A stretch of 64,000 nt of DNA from an uncultured Clostridia bacterium (GTDB lineage Bacteria; Acidobacteriota; Blastocatellia; UBA7656): NCBI GenBank assembly GCA_964468725.1, contig CAYXVU010000001.1:778-64777 (forward strand), written 5' to 3'. Numbering within the stretch: the first letter of the stretch is position 1; every line of letters begins with the position of its first letter. Shown here in pieces: positions 48,273 through 57,372 of the stretch. The translations under genes were made by a program, and so were the position numbers. Under the pieces are notes generated by a model, which made no database searches, had not been told where the DNA came from, and saw nothing but the letters and a program-made list of their open reading frames with translations.

Positions 48273-51218
48273 TTAAAACGTGCGCCCGACCGAGAAGCGA
48301 ATGGCGCGCTTCTCTTCGAAGAAGAAGGTGTTGTCCGTCTTCGCATTCGGATTCCACGCGAAGATCAGCCGAAACGGCACGTTGATGACCGGCACTTGCA
48401 CGCGCAATTCGCCGCCCGTGCTGTAGCGATAGTTATCGAAGATGCCGCCATCAATTTGCGAGAGCATGATGTTGCGCACCTCCTGCCGCTCTCCGCGAAC
48501 GGTGGCGAAGCGGAAGCCAGGGGGCAAGCCGCCCGGTATCTCCGGCAAGCCGCCTTGGCGAATTTCGCGTTGCGTCGCCCGCTGTCCGCGCGGGTTGAGC
48601 CGCTCAAAGCCCAGAAATTCATTGGGCACAAAGGCGCTGACATTCTGTTGATCGCTATAGTTCTTTAAGTTGAAGGCCGAGCCAATATCTAAAAAGGGAA
48701 CGAAAGCGACCGGGCCGACAATCGGAATGCGGTATTCAAAGTTGAGCAACAATTGGGTGTCGGCTCCGATGAAGGTCGGGAACTCTTCGATGCCGTTGAT
48801 GACCACCAAATCATCTTCGACGAGAAAATTGTTGAGGACGTTTTGCGTGATGCTGTTGCCGTTGGCTTCGCTCGGACGGCGCACCTTCAACCGCCGTTGC
48901 GTGATGCTGTCTACCGCGAAGACGTTGCGGGTTGTCTGAAAGACTCTGACCGGCGCGGTAGGCGCGATGCCGCGCACATTGTAGCCGCGAATGGATTCGT
49001 CGCCGCCGAGGAAGAAACGCGCAAACAACGGCGTGCCGCCAATGAAAGACAACGAATTGGAGTCAAACGGCGTGCCGAATGAACCGATGTGCCCGAAGAG
49101 CGCACGCAGGCCGAAGGTGCGCGTCTCCTTCGGATCGAGCGTGCGTCGGGACTCTTTGCTGGTGAAAAACGGACGGAAGAATTTGTACTCTACGTAGGGC
49201 TGAATGGTGTTGACCTTGCCGCCGAGTAGACCGCCGGAGACCGAGAACCCGAAGGTCAAGGATTGTCCGTTGGTCGGGTCGAGAGAGTTGTTGAGTGTGT
49301 TGTAGCTGATCGTCGGCGTCAGCGTCGACTGAGTCACTCCTTGTTGTGCGAAGGTCAAGAAGAAGTCGTTGCCCACATCACTGTCGCGGTTGACGTCCGG
49401 GTCAACGATGTCCGAGTTACGGAAGGAGTACGACAAGCCCAAACGAATGAAGCGCCCTTTACGGAAACGCGGCATGAAGTACTGCAACGGCGCTGAAGTT
49501 GAAACCGAAATGCCGGTCGTCTTTTGAGTGAACAGCGAGCTTTCACTAAATTGGAAGATGTTCTGCCCGGTGACGCTCTGAAAGCCCTGCCCGAAGAATT
49601 GGTAGCTTTGATAGAAAACGTTGAACCCCAAACTGATGGGGCGACCCTTCAAGTACGGTTCGTTGAAACCGACGGAGAACACTTTCTGCCGGTTGCCCGC
49701 CGCGATGGCAAACGATAACGACTCGCCATAGCCGAGGAGATTATTGGTCGAATAATCCAGCCCAATGAACGAGCCGCCGACGCCCGAAACCCCGCCCGTG
49801 AAACTAATCTGCTGACGCCCTTTCTCTTGCACCTTGAGGGTCACGTCCACTTTGCCTTCGCGCTCGTTGGTGTTGATGGTTGCGTCTTCTTCTTTGACCT
49901 GCTCGAAGTAGCCCAACTGATTCAAGCGCAACAGGCTCAAATCCCAGTAGGATTGATTGTAGCGGTCGCCTTCGTTGAGCAGCACCTCGCGGCGCAGGAC
50001 GTTGTCGCGCGTAAAGGTGTTGCCTAAAAACTCGATGCGATTGATGGTGTACTGTTTGCCCTCTTCCATCGTGAAGGTGATGTCGGCGATTCCTTTCGTC
50101 GGATCGTTGGGGTCATCCTTGAATTCGAGGTTGGGATTGGCATCGAACTGAATATAGCCGCGCGTGCCGTAAGCCTTCTTGAGGTTCTCAACGCCTTTGC
50201 CAACTTTGCTGTAGCCTTTGACAATGTCGCCAGGCTTAATGTCAAGGATCGCTTTGATCTGCTCGGCGTTGAACTCCGTGTTGTCTTCGACCTTGATCTC
50301 CCCGGCGCGGTATTGGCGGCCTTCTTCGACGGGAATGACGATCTTCAACCCCTGCCCTTTATGGCCGATAATGGGCATAAAGTTGCCGACCTTGCCGACG
50401 TTTTCGACGCGCGGTTCACCAAAGCGAGCGCGCAGATAACCGGCGTCGGAATAGACCAAAGCGCGAATGCGCTGCAAGTCGTTTTCCAGTTTCTCTTTGT
50501 GATAGATATCTTTCGACGAGAAGGTCGTCCACAAACCCAGTTGTTTGACCAACTTCATGTTCTTCCGCAGATGCGAATCAGAGAAGACATTGTTGCCTTC
50601 GAACTCGATTTCGGCGATGCGATAGCGCGGCCCCTCTTCGATCTTGAAGGTCAGACCGACAGCGGTCTGCGAAATCTCCTCAATGATGGGGTCCACTTTG
50701 GCATCGGGGCGACCTTCGTTGGCGAGCATCTCTTTCAATACCGCAGCAGCGCGTTTGACCTTGACCGGATCGTATTGCGATTCTTTCGAGAGTCCAACTT
50801 GGCGCTTGCGAAACTCTTCCAGCACGGTGGATTGCTGTATGGATTTCAGCCCATCGTATTTGATGTCCAACAGCAGCGGCCACTCTTTGACTTCGAAGGT
50901 GATGATCTTGCCGCCGCGCGCTCCATCTTCGGCAAAGGCTTTGACATCTTCGAAGTGTCCCTGCGCGATCAGGGCGCGAATGTCGCGGTCAACCTGCGCG
51001 GGGTTGAAGGTGTCGCCTTCACGCGTGCCAATCCAAATTTTTGCGGTCGCTTCAGGAATCCGGCGATTGCCGCGAATGGTGACCTGCTCGACGAGCACAT
51101 CTTGTGCGGTTGCAGAGAGCACTCGTGCTGTTAGGTCAGTGTTGAGGGGAAGAATTACAACGGTCGTTACTAAAGCAGTGATAAAGCTGAAAACACGCTT
51201 ACTCATAAACGATTGCAC
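48273..51218 (-). CDS. bamA: Outer membrane protein assembly factor BamA (multiple POTRA domains plus beta-barrel)
   Basis: The product is 981 aa with repeated POTRA-like units, and its C-terminal barrel ends in F. Confidence 0.9.
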   Translation of the reverse strand: MQSFMSKRVFSFITALVTTVVILPLNTDLTARVLSATAQDVLVEQVTIRGNRRIPEATAKIWIGTREGDTFNPAQVDRDIRALIAQGHFEDVKAFAEDGARGGKIITFEVKEWPLLLDIKYDGLKSIQQSTVLEEFRKRQVGLSKESQYDPVKVKRAAAVLKEMLANEGRPDAKVDPIIEEISQTAVGLTFKIEEGPRYRIAEIEFEGNNVFSDSHLRKNMKLVKQLGLWTTFSSKDIYHKEKLENDLQRIRALVYSDAGYLRARFGEPRVENVGKVGNFMPIIGHKGQGLKIVIPVEEGRQYRAGEIKVEDNTEFNAEQIKAILDIKPGDIVKGYSKVGKGVENLKKAYGTRGYIQFDANPNLEFKDDPNDPTKGIADITFTMEEGKQYTINRIEFLGNTFTRDNVLRREVLLNEGDRYNQSYWDLSLLRLNQLGYFEQVKEEDATINTNEREGKVDVTLKVQEKGRQQISFTGGVSGVGGSFIGLDYSTNNLLGYGESLSFAIAAGNRQKVFSVGFNEPYLKGRPISLGFNVFYQSYQFFGQGFQSVTGQNIFQFSESSLFTQKTTGISVSTSAPLQYFMPRFRKGRFIRLGLSYSFRNSDIVDPDVNRDSDVGNDFFLTFAQQGVTQSTLTPTISYNTLNNSLDPTNGQSLTFGFSVSGGLLGGKVNTIQPYVEYKFFRPFFTSKESRRTLDPKETRTFGLRALFGHIGSFGTPFDSNSLSFIGGTPLFARFFLGGDESIRGYNVRGIAPTAPVRVFQTTRNVFAVDSITQRRLKVRRPSEANGNSITQNVLNNFLVEDDLVVINGIEEFPTFIGADTQLLLNFEYRIPIVGPVAFVPFLDIGSAFNLKNYSDQQNVSAFVPNEFLGFERLNPRGQRATQREIRQGGLPEIPGGLPPGFRFATVRGERQEVRNIMLSQIDGGIFDNYRYSTGGELRVQVPVINVPFRLIFAWNPNAKTDNTFFFEEKRAIRFSVGRTF

Positions 51219-51654
51219 ACTCCTCAGACTTGCGAATTCGATTCAGTCCGTTTGGCCTGACGACTGGTTTATCCAGAGCACGTATCTCAACCATCCAGCA
51301 AGTTGCGTCGTCCGCTGCCCTCGCGCGCAGCGCCGACGAGTGAGTTCCAGACAAACGAAATTGATCTTTTCCTGATGATAGTGTTGACTCGCACGACATT
51401 AGAACGTCAAATCAAGGCGACATTGTAACAAAAATGCCAAGACTGGCCAAAGGCGGATTTTCGGAGCGGAGGGTTGTGGCAGAGTCAGTCCGTTCCGACA
51501 AAATGGAATCCTGACGGAGCAGAAGGTGACCGAAGCCTGCAAATCGGCTCCCTTATTCGGAAAAAATCGGCAGCCCGGCTTGCTTCTTCTCGGCTGAGGC
51601 GATCATAGACAGGATGTCGAGGTCGCATATCAGGTCAACGGGGTCAATCGTACG

Positions 51655-51694
51655 CCGCATTGGGAAGCCCGTAGCACAGGGCTTCCCAATGCGG
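51655..51694. terminator. 16-bp perfect hairpin CCGCATTGGGAAGCCC-GTAGCACA-GGGCTTCCCAATGCGG about 55 nt downstream of the giant adhesin gene
   Basis: The inverted repeat is visible in the sequence, and a T-rich tract (GCGTCTTTAAGAATT) follows it on the plus side. Confidence 0.5.
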
Positions 51695-51746
51695 GCGTCT
51701 TTAAGAATTCAGAGATGTTGGCTCGAATACGTTATTGACAAGCCCC

Positions 51747-54700
51747 TCACTTCGTTGCATTCGCAGACGCTGTACGGCACATACATTCGTTGTTGGTTGT
51801 GTTCGAGTCGGTGATCGCGCACTTCTGCGTCCCTATGGGTTTTTGCAGATTTGCCGTTCCGCGATTGATACTTCCCAACGTCACACTCGCTTGCACACGT
51901 ACTCCGTTGCCCGTATGGCTCAGCGTGTAGGTTGACCCTTTCCTCGTCACCGTTCCGCGCCCAATCACTTGTGTGCCATCAGCGCAGCAGAACAAGTAAT
52001 CGCCGGTCGTCGAAAGGAAGAACAGTTTGTTCAGCGGCTGACTGTCGTCTTGCAGGCAGACATCAAAGGTCGTTACTAAGAAACTGCACGCAGCACTATT
52101 GCCCGCCGCATCCTGAACCGTACAGTTCACTGTCATCGTCCCGACTCCGAACACCGACCCCGATGCCGGATTGCAGACCGGACTGCCGACCCCCGGACAG
52201 TTGTCACTCACCACCGGACTCGGATACGTCACTACTCCCGGCGGCGCATTTACGGTCGGCGGGCAACTGATACTCGGTGGCTGAGCATCGTTGACCGTCA
52301 CGGTGAAACTACAACCCGCATTGTTGCCCGCCGCATCTTGAACCGTACAACTTACCGTCGTCACTCCCTTCGGGAAGGACGATCCCGATGGCGGTGTGCA
52401 ACTCGGCACGCCCACTCCCGGACAGTTGTCGCTCGCCGTCGCATTCGCATAACTCACGGTTGCCGCACACAGGTTGGTCGCTGTCGTTATCACCATGTTG
52501 CCCGGACAAGTAAGGGCTGGCGGGATGTTATCCGTGATGGTCACGGTGAACGAACACATAGCGGTGTTATTCATCGTATCGGAAGCGAGACAAGAGACGG
52601 TCGTCACTCCCTTCGGGAAACTCGACCCTGATGGCGGCGTGCAGGTGACAGTGCGCGCTCCGTCACAGTTATCCGTAGCCATCAGACCTGTGAAGGTGAG
52701 CGAAGCCGCGCAACTTCCCGGCGCGACATTGGCTGACCGATTCGTGCAGCCATCAAAGATCGGCGCTTGCGTATCGTTGACGGTGACGGTGAACGAACAG
52801 GGCGCAGAGTTGCCGCTCGTATCGCTGGCTGTACAGTTGACCGTCGTCACGCCTTTTTGAAAGGTCGAACCCGAAGGCGGTGTGCAGACTGGCGTAAGAG
52901 CGCCATCACAATTGTCGGTTGCGGAGAGTCCTGTGAAGGTAACAGCCGCCGAACACGCGCTGCCCTGCGTGTTGACAACGATGGGCGACGGGCAGGTGAC
53001 GGCAGGTGGTTGCGTGTCGGTAACCGTGACCGTGAAGGAGCAGGCGGGCATCGGCGAACCGACCGATGCCGTGCAGGTGACGGTCGTGATGCCTTTCGGG
53101 AAGAGCGTGCCGGTTGGCGGCGTGCAGGCGATCATTCCGCAGCCCCCCGATGGCGGCACTGCATAGTTAATGATGGCTCCGCATTGGCCGACATCATTGG
53201 CCTGTGTGACATTCGCGGGACACGTGAGAGTACAGACGGCAATGAGAAAAGTCTGCGCCGCAGAGGTATCCTGCCCGCCATTGGCTGTGCCGCCATTATC
53301 CATCAGCCGCACCGTCACGGTGGCGATTCCATTGCCATTGATGGTCGGAGTATAGGTCAGTGTGCCGGAGGCGTTGATGGTCGGTTGCACGGCAAACAGC
53401 GCGTTATTGTCATTGCTGACTATGAATGTCAGCATCTGACCCGATTCGTCAGCGGGACCTGCTGATAGGTTAATTGCCCACCCGTTGACCGTTTGCGCTC
53501 CGGCAGCCGCCGGTACGAATTGATCTGCTCCTTTGGTGAATGAAGGGACATCGTTGACCGCCGTAACATTGATCGTAAAGGTGCGCGAGAAGGTCGCAAC
53601 GCCGCCATTGGCCATGCCGCCACTGTCGGTCACCATCACCGTAATGATCGCCGAGCCATTGGCATTAGCGACCGGCGTATAGCTGAGCGAGCCGGTGGCG
53701 TTCGGACTGGTGTAGGTCACCGTCGGATTGGGAATCAGGAGGGGATTGTCAGACATGGCCGTGAGCGTCAACGTCTGACTGCTTTCGTTGGCTGCCCCTG
53801 CGGTTATGCCGCTCAGATTAACAGTCTGCGCCGCAGCGTCTTCCAAAAGGGTTGTCGGGTTCGGAGTGATGGAAGCAAGGGTTGGCGCATCGTTTACCGA
53901 GAGAACGGTGATTGCTACCGTGTCTTGATCTTGTTGCGCTCCGGGTATGCCTGTGTTCCCTTGATCGTTCGCGGTTACGGTCAGCGTGTCGCTGCCGTTG
54001 AAATCTTGTGTGCCGCGATAGGTTAAACCATTGGCGGCTGCTAAGGTCGCGTTGATGGCGTTTTGCGTGCCGGTTAGGGTGAGGCTGTTGGTGTTATCTC
54101 CCGAAACGTTGCCCCCTGTAAGACCGCCTGCGACATCGGTTCGCACATCGAGCGTGCCGTTGGAGACTGTCAATGTTAGGGTGATCGCATCGCTTGCTGG
54201 AAGGGCGTCAACATCGGATACCGATAATCCGCTGATTGCAAGGTTGGTATCCTCGTTGACCATCTGTGCTCCTGGCACGGTGTTTACCGGCGCATCGTTT
54301 ACGGCTGTGATGGTGATCGTCGTATTGCCCGTTGCTGTCAACGCGCCGCCTGAGCCTTGCCCGCCGCCTGTGTTGCCGTCATTGAAGGTGTAATCGAGTT
54401 GAACGCTTGCGGGCGGCGCATCGCTGGAGTTGGCATAGGTGATGTGGCGCAGCACGTCTTGCACAAGCGCGCGCGTTGGAATCGTGCCGGAGCCTGTGAA
54501 GGAGAGAGTCAGTGTGCCACCGCTGCTGGTAAACGTAGCGAAGGTTTGTCCGCCCGACTGGAGGGCATTGGCATTGATCGTAAAGAGCGCCCCTGTTGTT
54601 GAGAGAGCGAGCAAGTCCTGTGCGTTTGCCCCGCCGTTGCGCGCAATCATCAGGCTTGCGCCCGTGTAATTCCCTGCGCTGCTATTGAAGGCATCAAGGT

Positions 54701-57050
54701 CAACATCCGAGACCGCAGCGTTAGTATCAAGCAAGGTCGCCGGGTCGTTCTCGACGTAGGTGAAGCCCGGCCCGACTCCGGTCAAGACCGGCGCATCATT
54801 GACCGCATTGATTGTTTGAGTAATCCCGACCGAGTTGGCGCTGATGGCCGTCGTGCCGCCGGTTGCGCCGGTCAGATTGCGCGTCGAGCCGGTGCTGAGC
54901 GCACCGCTCGCTCCCGAATTGTCTATGACATGTGCGCCGAGTAGGGGGGCGAGCCCATTGAAGTTCAGAGCCGGGACGAAGCGCAGGAAATGGTTGGCTT
55001 CGACGATCAACGCGCTCGTCGAACTGGGAGTGCCAATGGTTGTCCAGACGGTTCCATTGGTCGAGTATTGCCAACTGCCTTCGAGCGCGGAGGTCGCATT
55101 GGTGATGATGGCGATGCCCGCAAGGGTGTTGGCGTTTGAGCCGTCGGGCGGATTGGGCGCAATCTGATCGAGCGCGTCGGAGAATAGCGAGCCGGTGATG
55201 AAAGAGGAGACGGCTTGTGCAGGCGGATTGGCCGTATCTTCGTTGATGGCGGTCAGCGAAGCGGGGCCGGTTCCCGCCGTCGGCGCATCGTTGACGGCTG
55301 TGACCGATTGTTTGATGGCGATGAGGTTGCCGGTGAAGGGATTTTCGAGCGTTCCGCCATTGGGGTTCTCATCGAATATGGCTCCCGAAATATTGACGCC
55401 TGTCGTGCCGACCGTGAAAGCGCCATGCCCGTCCCACAAACGCACGCTGAGGGGCGGCGTCGTGCCATTAAAATTAGCCGCAGGCAAGAAGCGAACCAAT
55501 GATGTGGGCGCGACGAGGGTGGCGTTAGCATCGGAGACATTGGCGGCGATAGTCGTCCAGCTTACGCCGTTGGTCGAATGCTGCCACGCCCCCTGCCCCG
55601 GCGTGGCAGCATTGCTGACAAATGCGACGCCGGACAACGGGTTATTGTCGAGGTCATCGTATTGGTCACCGAGCAAGCCAGCGAGTTGTGTGCCTGACGG
55701 ATTGGTCGCATCTTCGAGGATGGCAGCAAGCGTCTCGTCTGTGCCGGTGGCCGTCGGCCCGATGTTTTCAAAGATTTTACCGTAAATATCCCGTTGATCT
55801 GAGGTGACGCGCAGGCTCTCCTGCCAGACGATCTCAACGCCGCCGGTCGCGCCCGGCACAATTTGCGGACGTTGTTCGAAGGTGTTCGGGCTGATGGGAT
55901 TAACCAATAATTGATTGGTGCGCGCTTGCCCGGTCTCATCGAAGAGGCGCACGTAGAGTTCGACATTATCGGTATTGTCGGGATTTTTGCTCGGTTGTTG
56001 CCAAACAATCATGTAACCGCCGCTCAACAAGACGGCGACTTGCGCCAGACCGGGTTGAAAGGCCTCTGCCGACGTATCAATCTGAAAAGCGGGTCCCGGA
56101 TTGACGAATCCCATTTGATAGACGCGTCCCAACAGATCATTGCCTGACGTATAGACCACTAAAATGTCGCCGTTGGGCAATGTGCCGAAGCCGGGAATGG
56201 CTCCGCCGACAACCCCATTGATTTGTGTCTGACCGGGAGTGATGCTCGGAATTGTGCCATCGGCGTTGACGCTGAAGCTTCGGGCAAAGACGTTGCCGGG
56301 GCCGCCCGTGTTCCAGACCACATCTACGTGGGTTCCATTGGTTGAGATGGCAGGATTGATGACCAGTTGATTGACGATGGCAGTGCCGATGGCAGTTTCG
56401 GGACTGATGGGGACAAGGTTTGGCGTGTAGGTGCGAACCGTCAGCCGCGAGTTGGTGAAATCGGCATTCGCATGTCCCCAGGCGATGATGACATTGCCGT
56501 TCGGAAGAGCGGCGGCTTGCGGTTGTTCATTGTCATCGGCAGTCGTCTCGTCGCTGAGGTGCAGAATCGCGCCGTTGGTCAGCGTATTGCCGGAGACCGT
56601 GACGACGGTGCCGAGAATCTGGGTATCGAACGGCGCATTGGGGTTGAACTGCATCCAGACGATGACGAACCGATTCGCGCCGGTGGCAACGACGCTGACG
56701 TTGCGCCAAAACCCATTGCCCGGATCGGTAATCAGCAATTCGGAGGTTGCCGGAGTGCCATCCGTATTCATCACCCGCGCACCGATGTCGGCATCTCCCG
56801 GCGGGGCGGAGTCGGATTCCCAAACGGCGATCAGTCGCCCGTCGGGGAGGGACGCAACATCAGGAGTGTCCTGACTGTCGGTGGTCGTTGTATTGATCTG
56901 AAACTTGGCACCGGCTTCGACCGAAATGAGCCAGATCATCAGGCTCGCCGAAGCGATGAGCAAGGTTATCCCACAGGCGATCATTTTTCTCAGTGCCAAA
57001 CGTTTCATATCTTCTTGACTCCTATTCTCTTTGCGAGGGGTGGCGGTCAT
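51747..57050 (-). CDS. Giant (1767 aa) secreted surface protein with cadherin-like (VNDAP) modules and at least 5 tandem HYR domains; probable adhesin
   Basis: The product has a signal peptide, a Thr/Gly/Asn-rich low-complexity region, and repeated AVNDAPT/AVNDAPV motifs. The HYR unit CTPPSGS-FxKGVTTVxC-A-D--GN---CSF-VTV-D is repeated five times. Confidence 0.8.
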   Translation of the reverse strand: MTATPRKENRSQEDMKRLALRKMIACGITLLIASASLMIWLISVEAGAKFQINTTTTDSQDTPDVASLPDGRLIAVWESDSAPPGDADIGARVMNTDGTPATSELLITDPGNGFWRNVSVVATGANRFVIVWMQFNPNAPFDTQILGTVVTVSGNTLTNGAILHLSDETTADDNEQPQAAALPNGNVIIAWGHANADFTNSRLTVRTYTPNLVPISPETAIGTAIVNQLVINPAISTNGTHVDVVWNTGGPGNVFARSFSVNADGTIPSITPGQTQINGVVGGAIPGFGTLPNGDILVVYTSGNDLLGRVYQMGFVNPGPAFQIDTSAEAFQPGLAQVAVLLSGGYMIVWQQPSKNPDNTDNVELYVRLFDETGQARTNQLLVNPISPNTFEQRPQIVPGATGGVEIVWQESLRVTSDQRDIYGKIFENIGPTATGTDETLAAILEDATNPSGTQLAGLLGDQYDDLDNNPLSGVAFVSNAATPGQGAWQHSTNGVSWTTIAANVSDANATLVAPTSLVRFLPAANFNGTTPPLSVRLWDGHGAFTVGTTGVNISGAIFDENPNGGTLENPFTGNLIAIKQSVTAVNDAPTAGTGPASLTAINEDTANPPAQAVSSFITGSLFSDALDQIAPNPPDGSNANTLAGIAIITNATSALEGSWQYSTNGTVWTTIGTPSSTSALIVEANHFLRFVPALNFNGLAPLLGAHVIDNSGASGALSTGSTRNLTGATGGTTAISANSVGITQTINAVNDAPVLTGVGPGFTYVENDPATLLDTNAAVSDVDLDAFNSSAGNYTGASLMIARNGGANAQDLLALSTTGALFTINANALQSGGQTFATFTSSGGTLTLSFTGSGTIPTRALVQDVLRHITYANSSDAPPASVQLDYTFNDGNTGGGQGSGGALTATGNTTITITAVNDAPVNTVPGAQMVNEDTNLAISGLSVSDVDALPASDAITLTLTVSNGTLDVRTDVAGGLTGGNVSGDNTNSLTLTGTQNAINATLAAANGLTYRGTQDFNGSDTLTVTANDQGNTGIPGAQQDQDTVAITVLSVNDAPTLASITPNPTTLLEDAAAQTVNLSGITAGAANESSQTLTLTAMSDNPLLIPNPTVTYTSPNATGSLSYTPVANANGSAIITVMVTDSGGMANGGVATFSRTFTINVTAVNDVPSFTKGADQFVPAAAGAQTVNGWAINLSAGPADESGQMLTFIVSNDNNALFAVQPTINASGTLTYTPTINGNGIATVTVRLMDNGGTANGGQDTSAAQTFLIAVCTLTCPANVTQANDVGQCGAIINYAVPPSGGCGMIACTPPTGTLFPKGITTVTCTASVGSPMPACSFTVTVTDTQPPAVTCPSPIVVNTQGSACSAAVTFTGLSATDNCDGALTPVCTPPSGSTFQKGVTTVNCTASDTSGNSAPCSFTVTVNDTQAPIFDGCTNRSANVAPGSCAASLTFTGLMATDNCDGARTVTCTPPSGSSFPKGVTTVSCLASDTMNNTAMCSFTVTITDNIPPALTCPGNMVITTATNLCAATVSYANATASDNCPGVGVPSCTPPSGSSFPKGVTTVSCTVQDAAGNNAGCSFTVTVNDAQPPSISCPPTVNAPPGVVTYPSPVVSDNCPGVGSPVCNPASGSVFGVGTMTVNCTVQDAAGNSAACSFLVTTFDVCLQDDSQPLNKLFFLSTTGDYLFCCADGTQVIGRGTVTRKGSTYTLSHTGNGVRVQASVTLGSINRGTANLQKPIGTQKCAITDSNTTNNECMCRTASANATK

Positions 57051-57209
57051 GGATGGATCGCTTAACGGCGGAAGAGAGCGAGCAGTGCAGACCGCAATCT
57101 ATGGCGCAACGGCGTCGCTTCACGGAAAGGCTCACGATCATGAGGGCTGAAATCCCCGATTGGATTGATTGCTAAGGTTGGGACTATAGCCGCTTTGGCG
57201 GCGCGCAGA

Positions 57210-57239
57210 CGTGGCACTTTTGTCATAAAAAATGCCACG
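57210..57239. promoter_or_regulatory. Inverted repeat CGTGGCAC-N15(AT-rich)-TGCCACG in the divergent promoter region between the adhesin gene and the sigma-like membrane protein gene
   Basis: The sequence shows a perfect 7-bp inverted repeat with the AT-rich spacer CTTTTGTCATAAAAAA. Confidence 0.4.
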
Positions 57240-57372
57240 CCCGCAGGGCAAGCAGGTGGTATGATGCCGCAGAACACACTTGCGCTTCGCAGGGCTAGGC
57301 TAGAGAGGGGAAGCCAACAGCGGTCTGCGTACCTCGCATCCGGTAATGATAGTGGGATCAACAGAAAAATCT

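Noticed and set aside
51830-51860. A GTTCGAGTC string resembling a tRNA T-loop.
   Set aside because: There are no flanking T-stem or acceptor-stem complementarity, and it lies within 100 nt of the adhesin gene's 3' end. It is not a tRNA.
9458-53465. Many long antisense ORFs inside the large minus-strand genes (for example 9458..10042, 12086..12964, 30822..31886, 32672..33496, 40757..41923, 50313..51134, 52767..53465).
   Set aside because: They are typical high-GC shadow ORFs with Arg/Gly/Ala-rich translations and no motifs, each fully nested in a well-supported gene on the other strand.
57212-57226. A sigma-54 -24/-12 promoter starting at TGGCAC.
   Set aside because: The -24-like hexamer is present, but the -12 element at the correct N5 spacing reads TCAT rather than TTGC. 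I treated it as a generic inverted-repeat operator instead.
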